A DNA stretch of 64,000 nt from Bacteroidales bacterium UBA1205. Lineage in GTDB: Bacteria > Bacteroidota > Bacteroidia > Bacteroidales > WCHB1-69. The stretch covers positions 2,154 through 66,153 of the forward strand of contig DBXT01000042.1 of assembly GCA_002309615.1 (NCBI GenBank). Direction: 5' to 3'. Under the pieces are notes generated by a model. The model did not search any database and was not told the DNA's origin. It was given only the letters and a program-made list of their open reading frames with translations. The position numbers and the translations under genes were made by a program. This document shows, one piece after another, positions 48,583 to 58,541 of this stretch (position 1 is its first letter; each line of letters starts with the position of its first letter).

Positions 48583-49530
48583 TTACAACGTTAAAAATGG
48601 ATGTTTACACGAAAGAGCCTCCTTGGATATTTCCGCATTGCGGATAAAATGCACCATTTGTATGCTGGGCTTGGCTTGGTCCAAACCAAAACCCTTACCC
48701 GCTAATATGTGTTCATAACTTACTGTATGCAAATCGGTGAATCCGCCGGTAAATTCCACTTCTTCTCCTTCCACTTGTATGGACCTGTATGTTGTTTTTC
48801 CCTGATTGACAGCATCTTTTGGCAGATAGCCGCTATCCACACTCAAAAACCACCGTACCCGTGCTTTTTGCAATTCCATATAACCCGACACCACATGCTT
48901 GTCGCGATGATGGACAATGATTTGGCGAGGTTCGCCGAATATAAATTGCAACATGTCAAAAAAATGAATACCGATATTGGTAGCCAGCCCTCCCGATTTG
49001 GACTCATCACCTTTCCATGAATAATGGAACCATTTTCCGCGAGAGGTGATATAGGTAAGGTCTACATCATAGATTTTATCGGCAGGACCATTGTCTATCT
49101 GTTGTTTCAATTTCAATATCATGGGATGGTGACGCAGTTGTAAAATGGTATATATTTTTTTCCCCGTTTCTTTTTCCAATTCCGCCAGCGCATCTACATT
49201 CCACGGATTAAGTACCAATGGTTTTTCACATATAGCGTCTGCCCCGTTCAACAAGCTCATACGGATATGGGCATCATGCAAATAGTTGGGTGTGCAAATA
49301 CTGAAAAAATCAACCTTCTCATTTTGTCCGTGCTGTAATTTATATATGTGACGTTCAAAACGTTCGGGCTCGGTAAAAAAATCCGCTTGAGGAAAATAAG
49401 CATCTATCACCCCTACGCTGTCGTTTTTATCCAATGCCACCAACACGGTATTGCCGGTGTCTTTTATGGCTTTTAAATGGCGTACCGCTATATATCCGCC
49501 CAAACCTATTAATGCAAAATTTTTACTCAT
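48583..49530 (-). CDS. Gfo/Idh/MocA-family NAD-dependent sugar-nucleotide oxidoreductase (WbpB-like)
   Basis: N-terminal Rossmann 'FALIGLGGYIAVRH' and 'EKPL' motifs. It is coupled to the acetyltransferase upstream (ATG/stop overlap at 49530). Confidence 0.8.
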   Translation of the reverse strand: MSKNFALIGLGGYIAVRHLKAIKDTGNTVLVALDKNDSVGVIDAYFPQADFFTEPERFERHIYKLQHGQNEKVDFFSICTPNYLHDAHIRMSLLNGADAICEKPLVLNPWNVDALAELEKETGKKIYTILQLRHHPMILKLKQQIDNGPADKIYDVDLTYITSRGKWFHYSWKGDESKSGGLATNIGIHFFDMLQFIFGEPRQIIVHHRDKHVVSGYMELQKARVRWFLSVDSGYLPKDAVNQGKTTYRSIQVEGEEVEFTGGFTDLHTVSYEHILAGKGFGLDQAKPSIQMVHFIRNAEISKEALSCKHPFLTL

Positions 49531-50099
49531 TATAATAATTCCACCTTGTTATTTTTCAATATATATCTCATGCCGCTTTCAGGGCATACGGCTATGCCTT
49601 CTTCATTAAAATGCAGACGATGCCCGTACTGACTCATCCATCCTATCTGCCGTGAAGGATTGCCTACTACCAAAGCGTAAGGCGGCACATGGTGCGTTAC
49701 CACCGCACCGGCACCTATGAATGCATACTCTCCTATGTCATGACCGCACACTATGGTGGCATTGGCCCCTATGGTAGCCCCTTTACCCACATGCGTGCTT
49801 GCATATTCATGCTTGCGGCAGATAGCACTGCGAGGGTTGATTACATTGGTAAACACCATAGAAGGACCCAAAAAAACATCATCATCACACACAACACCTG
49901 TATATATGGATACATTGTTCTGCACTTTTACATTATTGCCCAATTTCACATGAGGCGATACCACCACATTCTGACCAATATTACAATTCTCCCCTATTCG
50001 GCAAGGTGACATGATATGGGAAAAATGCCATATCCTGGTACCTTTGCCTATTTGACATCCCTCATCAATAACGGCTGTTTCGTGTGCTTGATATTCCAT
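49530..50099 (-). CDS. Left-handed beta-helix (hexapeptide) N-acetyltransferase, WbpD/WlbB-like
   Basis: Hexapeptide repeats '[26 protein letters not shown]..' in a 189 aa protein. Confidence 0.8.
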   Translation of the reverse strand: MEYQAHETAVIDEGCQIGKGTRIWHFSHIMSPCRIGENCNIGQNVVVSPHVKLGNNVKVQNNVSIYTGVVCDDDVFLGPSMVFTNVINPRSAICRKHEYASTHVGKGATIGANATIVCGHDIGEYAFIGAGAVVTHHVPPYALVVGNPSRQIGWMSQYGHRLHFNEEGIAVCPESGMRYILKNNKVELL

Positions 50100-50186
50100 G
50101 TGCTAAATGTATTTGTCTTTCTTGATAAAATTCCTATAGCCCTGCCCGCTGCATTTTATAAGAAAACTTTTTATTAAAACTTTGTG

Positions 50187-50194
50187 CAAAGGTA
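50187..50194 (-). promoter_or_regulatory. -7 promoter box (TACCTTTG on the minus strand) for the wbpD-like operon
   Basis: Plus-strand CAAAGGTA lies 88 nt upstream of ATG 50099. Confidence 0.45.
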
Positions 50195-50859
50195 GTATTT
50201 TTTTACAACATTCATCAGCATACGTCCAAAACTTTTTTACTCGCCTTATCTCATTCTCTGCCGAAACTCCACTGTTTACCTGCATCAAACATTCTACCTC
50301 ATAAAAAAAAGGGTTATTTCATGCGTTTTATTCTCTTCAAATAAAATTTATAAAAAATATTAATATGATTATCTGTTATTTACAAGAAAAATACAATATT
50401 TTTCATTATAACTTTACTTTCGTACTATTTTTTTTATTACATTTGCAAAATGATTAATAAACTACATTTATTTATATGGTATCAAAAATAATATCCTTTT
50501 TACAAATATTATCAAAGAAATATAAGCAATTACGTTATCTTTCTTTTATACCACTTCTTCTCTTATATAAAATACTTAAAAAGTTCTGGATATTCAAAGA
50601 AAATTATGAAATAATCGTAAGGTTTGCTTTATTAGAGTATTCGCCCCCTTTACTATTGGGCAAATAAAGCCCTTGTTGATAGCGAAGACAGAATTTATTT
50701 CTGTTCAGCAAGGGCATAAGTTAAACATCTTCGCACAAGTTTTGGCAATTCTTGGAGGTAAAAATCGCCAAAAGCCAATATTTTTTTAATAAATCTTGGT
50801 GTGAGTAGATTAACATAAAACAATAAAAAAATCAAATAACAACATAAAATCTATCAAAT

Positions 50860-51732
50860 ATGAAAAATTTAAAATTAATAGCCGGAATTGCTACATTGAT
50901 AGCCATAACCGCAATTATAATTTTTGCGGCATGTAGAAAAGACTCAAATAACACAAAAAAATCTGAAAAAAAGTATGTAATTAATAATATTGAAAACATG
51001 GGTGACTATTGTTGGGTACCCCCAAATGCAGAGGTAATAGAAGATTATCATAATCAAACTATTCTAATATCGTCATCTAATTGGACATATATTGGCACTA
51101 CATCTGACAATCAATTATTAATGCTTAACAAGGGTGATCAGATAAAGATATCCTGCACCTGCAATTCTTCCGGAAGTTGCTATCCTTTTTATGTAAATGA
51201 AATTGCAGGCTGTGCAGGAGATTGTTCCAAATGTACTATGACTCAATCCGTAACAACTACAGGCAAGCATATTACTCATGGAGGGTATGTTAATCTTGAA
51301 ATAGAACCTCATTTCATTACCAAAGATGAAGAACTCCCTACCGCCTTTGATGAAATGTTCAACATTCCTGAAATCAATAACAAAATTAATACTTTTATAA
51401 CCAATATTTATAAAGGGTATGAATATCCAAAATTGATTAATAAAGATGATTACATATTAACTCCCGACAATTACTCTTTTGCAGTTATCAATCTATGCGG
51501 TAGAGCCATTGTATTGCCAGTCCCTGATGACATCTTGCCTCAAAACAGCATATCTGGTAATAAATTTCAATGCAGTTGCACAGATGGAACCTGTCTACAC
51601 AAAGTTGAAAGATTGATTATTCACTATTGCAAAGATAATTGTTCTGGAACTTGTACAATGACTGTTTCGGTTGCCACAACTCCTGAGATTGATGACCATA
51701 TCCGATTTTCATCCATATCGTTTCAATATTAA
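50860..51732 (+). CDS. Cys-rich lipoprotein with two duplicated 6-Cys modules (no family recognised)
   Basis: It has a lipobox (IIIFAAC). Module 1 is 'ISCTCNSSGSCYPFYVNEIAGCAGDCSKCTMTQSVTTT' and module 2 is 'FQCSCTDGTCLHKVERLIIHYCKDNCSGTCTMTVSVATT'. Confidence 0.6.
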   Translation: MKNLKLIAGIATLIAITAIIIFAACRKDSNNTKKSEKKYVINNIENMGDYCWVPPNAEVIEDYHNQTILISSSNWTYIGTTSDNQLLMLNKGDQIKISCTCNSSGSCYPFYVNEIAGCAGDCSKCTMTQSVTTTGKHITHGGYVNLEIEPHFITKDEELPTAFDEMFNIPEINNKINTFITNIYKGYEYPKLINKDDYILTPDNYSFAVINLCGRAIVLPVPDDILPQNSISGNKFQCSCTDGTCLHKVERLIIHYCKDNCSGTCTMTVSVATTPEIDDHIRFSSISFQY

Positions 51733-51747
51733 CAAATTAGTTACCTT

Positions 51748-52080
51748 ATGAAAAAGTTAGTTTTAGTATTATTAATCATTATTCTTGTCGCTTGCTCAAA
51801 GCAGCCGAAGAAAATTTCATCGGAAGGAGAGTGGATAGTGTCAAAGATTGAACTCACGGACCAATGCGACCCTATGGCGGGACTTATCGGTTGGGCTTTC
51901 ACTCATGATTCTACATTCACATTTCGTCATGATTTTCTATATTTTAACGATGAAATTTTAGGTTTTCGCTATGCGGACACGCTTTACTATGCAGACGGCG
52001 AAAAAGCAATTATGCGTTTTAAAGCCGACAGCCTCATATTAAACGGAGACATTATCTATACTTTATATAAAAAAGAATAA
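51748..52080 (+). CDS. Small hypothetical lipoprotein
   Basis: It starts MKKLVLVLLIIILVACSKQ (lipobox), is 110 aa, lies 15 nt after the previous gene, and is followed by a strong terminator. Confidence 0.55.
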   Translation: MKKLVLVLLIIILVACSKQPKKISSEGEWIVSKIELTDQCDPMAGLIGWAFTHDSTFTFRHDFLYFNDEILGFRYADTLYYADGEKAIMRFKADSLILNGDIIYTLYKKE

Positions 52081-52104
52081 TGTTTCCTCCATACAAATTC
52101 TATA

Positions 52105-52135
52105 AAGGGCAAATATTTTTTTATTTGCCCTTTTA
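52105..52135 (+). terminator. Rho-independent terminator
   Basis: Stem AAGGGCAAATA/TATTTGCCCTT (52105-52115 / 52122-52132) with a T6 loop, followed by TTAT. Confidence 0.75.
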
Positions 52136-52295
52136 TAGTTTACAGGAAACATTCTACCCCTTAAATTACATTCCTTTAACCGAAATCTGCTACCATTGTC
52201 ATTAAACATTTAAATTAATGTTTTCTTAACATTTTTGTTACTTAAAAATAAACTTCAATTAAACTTCCGCCCTGGTTTGATAATTAAAATAATGC

Positions 52296-52303
52296 TACTT
52301 TTG
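52296..52303 (+). promoter_or_regulatory. -7 promoter box TACTTTTG upstream of the Na/Pi transporter gene
   Basis: TACTTTTG lies 50 nt upstream of ATG 52353. Confidence 0.45.
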
Positions 52304-52352
52304 CAGATGTAATATTATGCAGTAATACGGACTGCCAGCAAAGCATAAACAA

Positions 52353-54098
52353 TTGAATATTATGAACATACTGAACATATTGTGTATTATCATTAATTTT
52401 GCCGGAGCGCTTGCGATATTCCTTTTCGGAATGAAGCTAATGAGTGAAGGTTTGCAAAAAGTGGCCGGAAACAAAATGCGTTCCACCCTCGGCAAGGTAA
52501 CGGAGAGTAAATGGAGAGGCATACTTACCGGAGCTATAGTAACTACCGCCATACAATCCTCCTCTGCTACCACGGTAATGGTAGTAAGTTTTGTTAATGC
52601 AGGGTTGCTATCTCTCACAGGAGCTATATCAGTAATTATGGGTGCAAACATAGGCACCACCATCACCGCATGGATTATCACTCTTTTCGGGTTGGGAGAG
52701 AGTGCAAAAGTATTTAGTTTACCATTGTTTTTAGGAGCACTGGCACTTGTATTTATTTTTTCACAAAAAAGCAAATTCAAAGCCCTCGGCGAATTTATTA
52801 TAGGTCTGACATTACTACTGTTAGGCATGGGATTATTGCAACAAGCCATGCCTAATTTGGAAGAATATCCAAAATTTTTAGAATTTTTGGGGTCGTTATC
52901 CGACCATGGATTTGCTTCTATTTTGCTATTCATTACTATAGGTACCATACTTACTTGTTTGGTACAAGCCTCTGCCGCCATGATGGCTATCACCTTGGTG
53001 ATGTGCTACAAAGGCTGGATAGGTTTTGATGTGGCAGTAGCTTTGGTGATGGGACAAAACATCGGAACCACCATCACGGCCAATTTAGCGGCTATGGTGG
53101 CCAATACCAATGGTAAAAAAGCCGCCAGAGCTCACTTGACATTCAATGTAATAGGAGTGATTATCACATTAATAGTATTTCGTCCTGTTATGAACCTTAT
53201 TGCCGATATCACTACAGGCGTTGTCGGGAGCAATCCTTATACGGCCGTAGGTGCCGCAGGATACAGCCCTGAAGCCATACCATTGGCATTAGCCTTTTTC
53301 CATACATTTTTTAATGTCATCAACACTTTGATATTAATGTGGTTTATTCCTCAAATAGTAAAAATAGTCAATTGGATGGTGAAAGCATTTAAAGAGGATG
53401 CCGACGAAGACGAAATATTCAAACTTAAATACATCAGCAACCACTGGATGAATACGTCCGAATTGGATTTGGAAGCCGCCCAAAAGGAAATAGAAGACTT
53501 TTCCAAAAGAGTTATCCGCATGTACAACTTTCTGCCGGCTCTCCGAACTGCCAAAAACGAAGATGAATTTGACAAAACACTGAAACACATAGAAAAATAC
53601 GAAGAAATTACCGATAGGATGGAATTGGAGATAGCCAAATACCTCACCCATGTATCCGAAGGCAACCTATCGGAAGTAGGTTCCCAAAAAGTGGGTGCCA
53701 TGCTTCGTATCATTGATAACCTGGAAAGTATCGGTGACGCTATCTACCAAATGGCTTTGATAAGAAAAAACAAACGAGAAGATGCCGTGCACTTCTCACA
53801 AGATTTAAACGACAACCTCAGCCATATTTCCCAATTGGTGGAAAAAGCTTTGTCTATTATGGACCAAAATTTACACGGAGACTATTCCAAAGCCGATATT
53901 CAAGCCGCTTATCAAGCCGAAGACGATATTAACGAATACCGTGACCTTTTGCGTTCCCGACACCTGCAATCCCTCAAAGCCGGCATTTACGACTATGCCA
54001 TCGGTTCAACCTATAGCGGATTGTATGCATTGTATGAAAAATTAGCCGACTACGTTATCAATGTCAGCGAAGCGGCAGCAGGAACAAAAAGAAAATAA
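52353..54098 (+). CDS. Na+/phosphate cotransporter family protein with a PhoU-like C-terminal domain
   Basis: It has the duplicated 'GANIGTTITA' and 'GQNIGTTITA' motifs, 8 or more TM helices and a helical cytoplasmic C-terminal half. Confidence 0.88.
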   Translation: MNIMNILNILCIIINFAGALAIFLFGMKLMSEGLQKVAGNKMRSTLGKVTESKWRGILTGAIVTTAIQSSSATTVMVVSFVNAGLLSLTGAISVIMGANIGTTITAWIITLFGLGESAKVFSLPLFLGALALVFIFSQKSKFKALGEFIIGLTLLLLGMGLLQQAMPNLEEYPKFLEFLGSLSDHGFASILLFITIGTILTCLVQASAAMMAITLVMCYKGWIGFDVAVALVMGQNIGTTITANLAAMVANTNGKKAARAHLTFNVIGVIITLIVFRPVMNLIADITTGVVGSNPYTAVGAAGYSPEAIPLALAFFHTFFNVINTLILMWFIPQIVKIVNWMVKAFKEDADEDEIFKLKYISNHWMNTSELDLEAAQKEIEDFSKRVIRMYNFLPALRTAKNEDEFDKTLKHIEKYEEITDRMELEIAKYLTHVSEGNLSEVGSQKVGAMLRIIDNLESIGDAIYQMALIRKNKREDAVHFSQDLNDNLSHISQLVEKALSIMDQNLHGDYSKADIQAAYQAEDDINEYRDLLRSRHLQSLKAGIYDYAIGSTYSGLYALYEKLADYVINVSEAAAGTKRK

Positions 54099-54389
54099 AA
54101 TTCCTCGGCAGTATATCATTTTATCCTTTAAAAAAGCACCCCCAAAATTTGACATCCGAAAAAAAAGAGGGTTTAAACCGCATCTTTCAGCGTATTGTGC
54201 TTCCGGTAACATATTATAATTACGAATTAAACGATGTATTCAGCTATTTGCCGAAATTACCCGTCCTTTTTTTTTCAAAACATTGCTATTGAAAACCGGC
54301 GATTTTCATTGTTTCTTTCCATCGAAAAACTATTTTTTCCTGTTTATAAAACTTTCTTTTCTGCTTAAAGGAATAATAGAAAAAAATGC

Positions 54390-54397
54390 TATCTTTG
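54390..54397 (+). promoter_or_regulatory. -7 promoter box TATCTTTG upstream of relA/spoT
   Basis: TATCTTTG lies 71 nt upstream of ATG 54468. Confidence 0.45.
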
Positions 54398-54467
54398 TAA
54401 GTTTGATAATATACTTTTTTTAAAGTACGCATATTGTATTGTCATTCTTAAAAACACTCGCAAAAAA

Positions 54468-56726
54468 ATGGAATATCAAAGAACTGACGAAGAATTCAAG
54501 CTCATATTATCGCGATATAAAGAGATACAGCGAAAATTGCGTCCTAGGGCCACCAAAGAACAAAAGATGGAGGTGCGTAAAGCTTTTACGCTGGCATTCA
54601 ATGCTCATAAAGACATGCGTCGGCGTAGTGGCGAACCCTATATTTTGCATCCGCTGGAAGTTGCCAACATAGTACTTGACCACATGAATTTAGGCACCAC
54701 TTCGGTGATATGCGCCTTATTGCACGATATAGTGGAAGACACCGATTACACATTGCAAGATATAGAAAATTTGTTTGGAGAGGAGGTGGCTACCATTATA
54801 GACGGATTGACAAAAATAGATGATGTGTCGGATACGCCTATGAGCAGGCAATTTGAAACATTCAAAAAGATATTGATCACCATGAGCAAAGATGCCCGTG
54901 TGATACTCATCAAGCTGGCGGACAGATTGCACAATATGCGCACCTTGGATTCCATGCCGCAGGAAAAACAGCTCAAAATAGCCTCTGAAACGCTATATAT
55001 GTATGCTCCTTTGGCTCACCGCTTGGGTTTTTACAACATCAAATCCGAATTAGAGGATTTGGCTATGAAATACCAAGACCCCGGCAGCTATAATTACATA
55101 GCCGATTGTATCAAAAACACAGAAAAAGACCGTGAAATATTTATAGAACAATTCATCGCACCCATACGTGAACAGCTGATAGCAAGAAATTTCACATTTG
55201 AAATAGTATCCCGCACCAAGTCCATCTATTCCATATGGCAAAAAATGACCAAGAAAAAAATACCTTTTGACGAAGTATATGATTTATTTGCCATACGTAT
55301 TATTATAGAAGCCGATGATGAACATCAAAAATCTTCATGCTGGTCGGTATATTCCATAGTTACAGACATATACAAACCGAAAGCCGACCGTTTACGGGAT
55401 TGGATATCCATGCCCAAAGCCAACGGATATCAATCTTTGCACACCACGGTGATGAGTAACAAGGGCAAATGGGTGGAAGTTCAGATACGCACCAAACAAA
55501 TGGACACCATTGCCGAAAACGGTTTTGCCGCACACTGGGTTTATAAAGAAAACGACAAACATGTTGATGAGCAAGGAGTGGAAGCATGGCTTGCCAGTAT
55601 AAAAGAAATACTCCAAAACAATGAAAACAACACCGGTGAATTGGTTTCTAATGTTAAAATGAACCTTTTTAACAAAGAAATTTTTGTATTCACCGCCAAA
55701 GGCGAAGAGCATACCATGCCCGAAAATTCCACCGTTCTTGACTTTGCTTACGAAACAGATGCCGAAACGGGCAATTATTGCATAGGGGCAAAGGTGAATA
55801 ATAAATTGGTACCGCCTTCGCACAAACTCAAAACAGGAGACCAAATAGAGGTTATCACCTCCAAAAAACAAAGAGTGCAAGAGGAATGGCTCACTTTTGT
55901 TGCTACCGCCAAAGCGGTAGACACCATCACCACCGCACTGGGGCAACAACGCAAAGAAAAAATCAACCAAGGTAAAGAACAACTCAAAACCTATTTTAGA
56001 AAATACAATGTGGATATCACCAAACTCAATCGCGACAAGCTGATGATGTTCACAGGCTACAAAGACAAAGAAAGTTTGTATTTGGCTATATACCACCAGC
56101 AGATACCCGAACTGAAGATAAAACAATGTTTTTCAAAAATAAGCATCGTCTATCGTGTGCTTGACTGGGTAAAACCGGCCATAAAATGGCTGTGGGGAAT
56201 GAAAAATATTTTTACCATTAACCATGCCTTACAGCGTAGATTATCTCACAATCCTCAATCGTTGCTATTGGGCAATGTTCACGAAATTAAACAAACCATT
56301 GCTCCGTGCTGCAATCCCGTTGCCGGAGACCAAGTAATAGCTTTCGCTCTCAACAACAACGAGATAGTGGTGCATCGTGCCAACTGTGCCGAAGCGGTTA
56401 GACTTTCCGCCCGTTATGGAGACAAAATAGTAAAAGCCAAATGGAGAGCCGAAGAGAATAAAGTGGATTTTCTTGCCGGTATCTCGCTAAAAGGCTTTGA
56501 CTCCAAAGGGCTGGTGCATAGCATTACCGGCATCATACACCAGGATTTTCAAGTGAATTGTCGCACCATACATTTTGAGACCACAGAAGGCCTGTTTGAA
56601 GGGAAAATCATTCTTTATATCCAAAATGTGGAACACTTAAACAAACTGATGGAACGCTTACGCTCCATTCCTAATATAGAAAAGGTTGAACGCATTTATT
56701 CCGATGAAAATGAAAATAAACGGTAA
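54468..56726 (+). CDS. Bifunctional (p)ppGpp synthetase/hydrolase, RelA/SpoT homolog
   Basis: HD hydrolase motifs 'HPLEVANIV' and 'LLHDIVEDT', synthetase motif 'YQSLHTTV', then TGS and ACT-like C-terminal domains. Confidence 0.93.
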   Translation: MEYQRTDEEFKLILSRYKEIQRKLRPRATKEQKMEVRKAFTLAFNAHKDMRRRSGEPYILHPLEVANIVLDHMNLGTTSVICALLHDIVEDTDYTLQDIENLFGEEVATIIDGLTKIDDVSDTPMSRQFETFKKILITMSKDARVILIKLADRLHNMRTLDSMPQEKQLKIASETLYMYAPLAHRLGFYNIKSELEDLAMKYQDPGSYNYIADCIKNTEKDREIFIEQFIAPIREQLIARNFTFEIVSRTKSIYSIWQKMTKKKIPFDEVYDLFAIRIIIEADDEHQKSSCWSVYSIVTDIYKPKADRLRDWISMPKANGYQSLHTTVMSNKGKWVEVQIRTKQMDTIAENGFAAHWVYKENDKHVDEQGVEAWLASIKEILQNNENNTGELVSNVKMNLFNKEIFVFTAKGEEHTMPENSTVLDFAYETDAETGNYCIGAKVNNKLVPPSHKLKTGDQIEVITSKKQRVQEEWLTFVATAKAVDTITTALGQQRKEKINQGKEQLKTYFRKYNVDITKLNRDKLMMFTGYKDKESLYLAIYHQQIPELKIKQCFSKISIVYRVLDWVKPAIKWLWGMKNIFTINHALQRRLSHNPQSLLLGNVHEIKQTIAPCCNPVAGDQVIAFALNNNEIVVHRANCAEAVRLSARYGDKIVKAKWRAEENKVDFLAGISLKGFDSKGLVHSITGIIHQDFQVNCRTIHFETTEGLFEGKIILYIQNVEHLNKLMERLRSIPNIEKVERIYSDENENKR

Positions 56727-57522
56727 AACACTTACTATACTTTTGTGCTGTATTTTACTTATATCATGCCGCCAACACCGGCATGAGGCTTCGGTTACCC
56801 CCGTGGAAGACAGCGTCCGCACCGAAAAACCGACTACCCCTGTATTGGTGCCGGCAACTATTGCAAGTATGCAATGCGATTGGTTTAGCACCCGCATCAA
56901 TCTTTCAGTCAACAACATCAAACCGGAAAAAGAGCTTGTCTCACTCACCGCTTTTGTGGTGAACAAAAAAGATAGTGCCATATTTATCACCCTGAATAAA
57001 TTAGGGATAGAAATAGCCCGCCTGCTACTGACCAAAGATTCGGTGAAATATGCCAACCACCTGTCGCATGAATATTATTGGGGACAGTATTCCTGGCTGA
57101 AAAAACAAATAGGCATGGATATCAATTTTTTTATCGTGCAAGCACTGCTTTTGGCACAAGATATCCCTGATTTTGAACCCGTATTTACCGCAAACGTCTC
57201 TAACGATTCCATTATTTACACCGCTGCTCACCGCAACAACACAGCCCATACCATGATACTGGAAGAACGCATTATCACCGATACCGCTCACCATATGCTC
57301 TACCACTATATTAAAGATATTGCATCTGTTAACACCATAAGTGTACAATACAATAGATACACTCTTATAGACGGTTTTACATGCTATCAAACCATTATCA
57401 TTGACATTCCTAACGAAAATTTGAAAATAGAAGGCTTGCTCAAAAACACCAAATTTAATACAGCCGGTCCTACCACCAGCCGTATGCCCGTTAAATACAA
57501 GCCTATTAACACCACTCACTAA
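56704..57522 (+). CDS. Lipoprotein, DUF4292/LolB-like (hypothetical)
   Basis: MKMKINGKTLTILLCCILLISCRQ contains a lipobox. The gene overlaps the relA/spoT 3' end by 23 nt. The family call is tentative. Confidence 0.5.
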   Translation: MKMKINGKTLTILLCCILLISCRQHRHEASVTPVEDSVRTEKPTTPVLVPATIASMQCDWFSTRINLSVNNIKPEKELVSLTAFVVNKKDSAIFITLNKLGIEIARLLLTKDSVKYANHLSHEYYWGQYSWLKKQIGMDINFFIVQALLLAQDIPDFEPVFTANVSNDSIIYTAAHRNNTAHTMILEERIITDTAHHMLYHYIKDIASVNTISVQYNRYTLIDGFTCYQTIIIDIPNENLKIEGLLKNTKFNTAGPTTSRMPVKYKPINTTH

Positions 57523-57524
57523 GC

Positions 57525-58469
57525 ATGGACACTATAGAACTAAGCAAAAAAATCAAAGACAAGACCTTGGAACTGGGTTTTTATGCTTGCGGCATCACCG
57601 ATTGTGCCCCTATCGATTCCGTTGTTACCCGTGCTTATGAAACCTATCTGCAAGAAGAACGCCATGCCGACATGAACTACTTGAGCCGCTATCAATCCAT
57701 AAGATTTAACCCCAAGCAGCTTGTGCCTCAAGCAGAAAGCATAATAGTAGTGTTGGCCTCCTATTATACCCTTACTCCCTATAACAATCGCCCCAGCCGA
57801 TACCGTATAGCTCGCTACGCATGGGGACAAGACTATCACAAAGTGATCAAACAACGGCTAAAAATGCTACAACAATATATTACCATGCTGGTTCCCGACA
57901 GTATCAACCGGTATTTTGTCGATACCGCTCCTGTAATGGAGAAACATTTGGCAGAACGCGCCGGATTGGGGTGGATAGGGAAAAATACGCTGCTAACCAA
58001 CCAACATGGCAGTTACCATTTTATCGCCACATTGTTCACCTCTGTTGGTTTAACTTACGACCAACCATGCTACTCCTTACATCCATGTGCTTCCTGCTCT
58101 TTATGCCAAAATGCTTGTCCCTCGCAGGCACTGCACCATTACGGAATGGATGCCCGAAAATGTTTTGCCTACCAAAGCATAGAAAACCACAATGATATAG
58201 ATGCTCATTTTTGTAGTACAAATTATATATACGGCTGCGATGAATGTCAAAAAGCATGTCCTTTCAACAAGCATGCCTCCCCTACTTCCATTACCGAATT
58301 CGGGACCAATCCTTTTTTGCTCAGTTTCACCGATAAACAATGGGAAAACATCAGCCAAGAGGATTTTGACCGCATTTTTGCCGCCTCGGCAATCAAAAGA
58401 ATAGGATACCGAAAATTCAAAAGCAACATTACACATGCCAACAATTATTTATACGGGAAAAAAGAATAG
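57525..58469 (+). CDS. queG: Epoxyqueuosine reductase
   Basis: 'LAERAGLGWIGKNTLL' and two 4Fe-4S motifs, 'CASCSLCQNACP' and 'GCDECQKACPFN'. Confidence 0.9.
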   Translation: MDTIELSKKIKDKTLELGFYACGITDCAPIDSVVTRAYETYLQEERHADMNYLSRYQSIRFNPKQLVPQAESIIVVLASYYTLTPYNNRPSRYRIARYAWGQDYHKVIKQRLKMLQQYITMLVPDSINRYFVDTAPVMEKHLAERAGLGWIGKNTLLTNQHGSYHFIATLFTSVGLTYDQPCYSLHPCASCSLCQNACPSQALHHYGMDARKCFAYQSIENHNDIDAHFCSTNYIYGCDECQKACPFNKHASPTSITEFGTNPFLLSFTDKQWENISQEDFDRIFAASAIKRIGYRKFKSNITHANNYLYGKKE

Positions 58470-58541
58470 TTTTATCCAATAAAAAGAAATATATTGCGTT
58501 TTATATTATCATAGTTATAAACAATAAAAAATACATACACG

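Noticed and set aside
48583-50099. The WbpB-like and WbpD-like pair as evidence of a capsule/O-antigen island.
   Set aside because: Only two enzymes are present. They are embedded in a tight operon with rimO, the MORN protein and the nucleoid protein. There is no flippase, polymerase, aminotransferase or compositional shift, so this is treated as ordinary core metabolism.
50476-50667. A 63 aa ORF in the AT-rich spacer upstream of the Cys-rich lipoprotein gene.
   Set aside because: It has an extremely AT-rich, Lys/Ile/Leu-dominated translation with no promoter box or recognisable motif. It is most likely non-coding.
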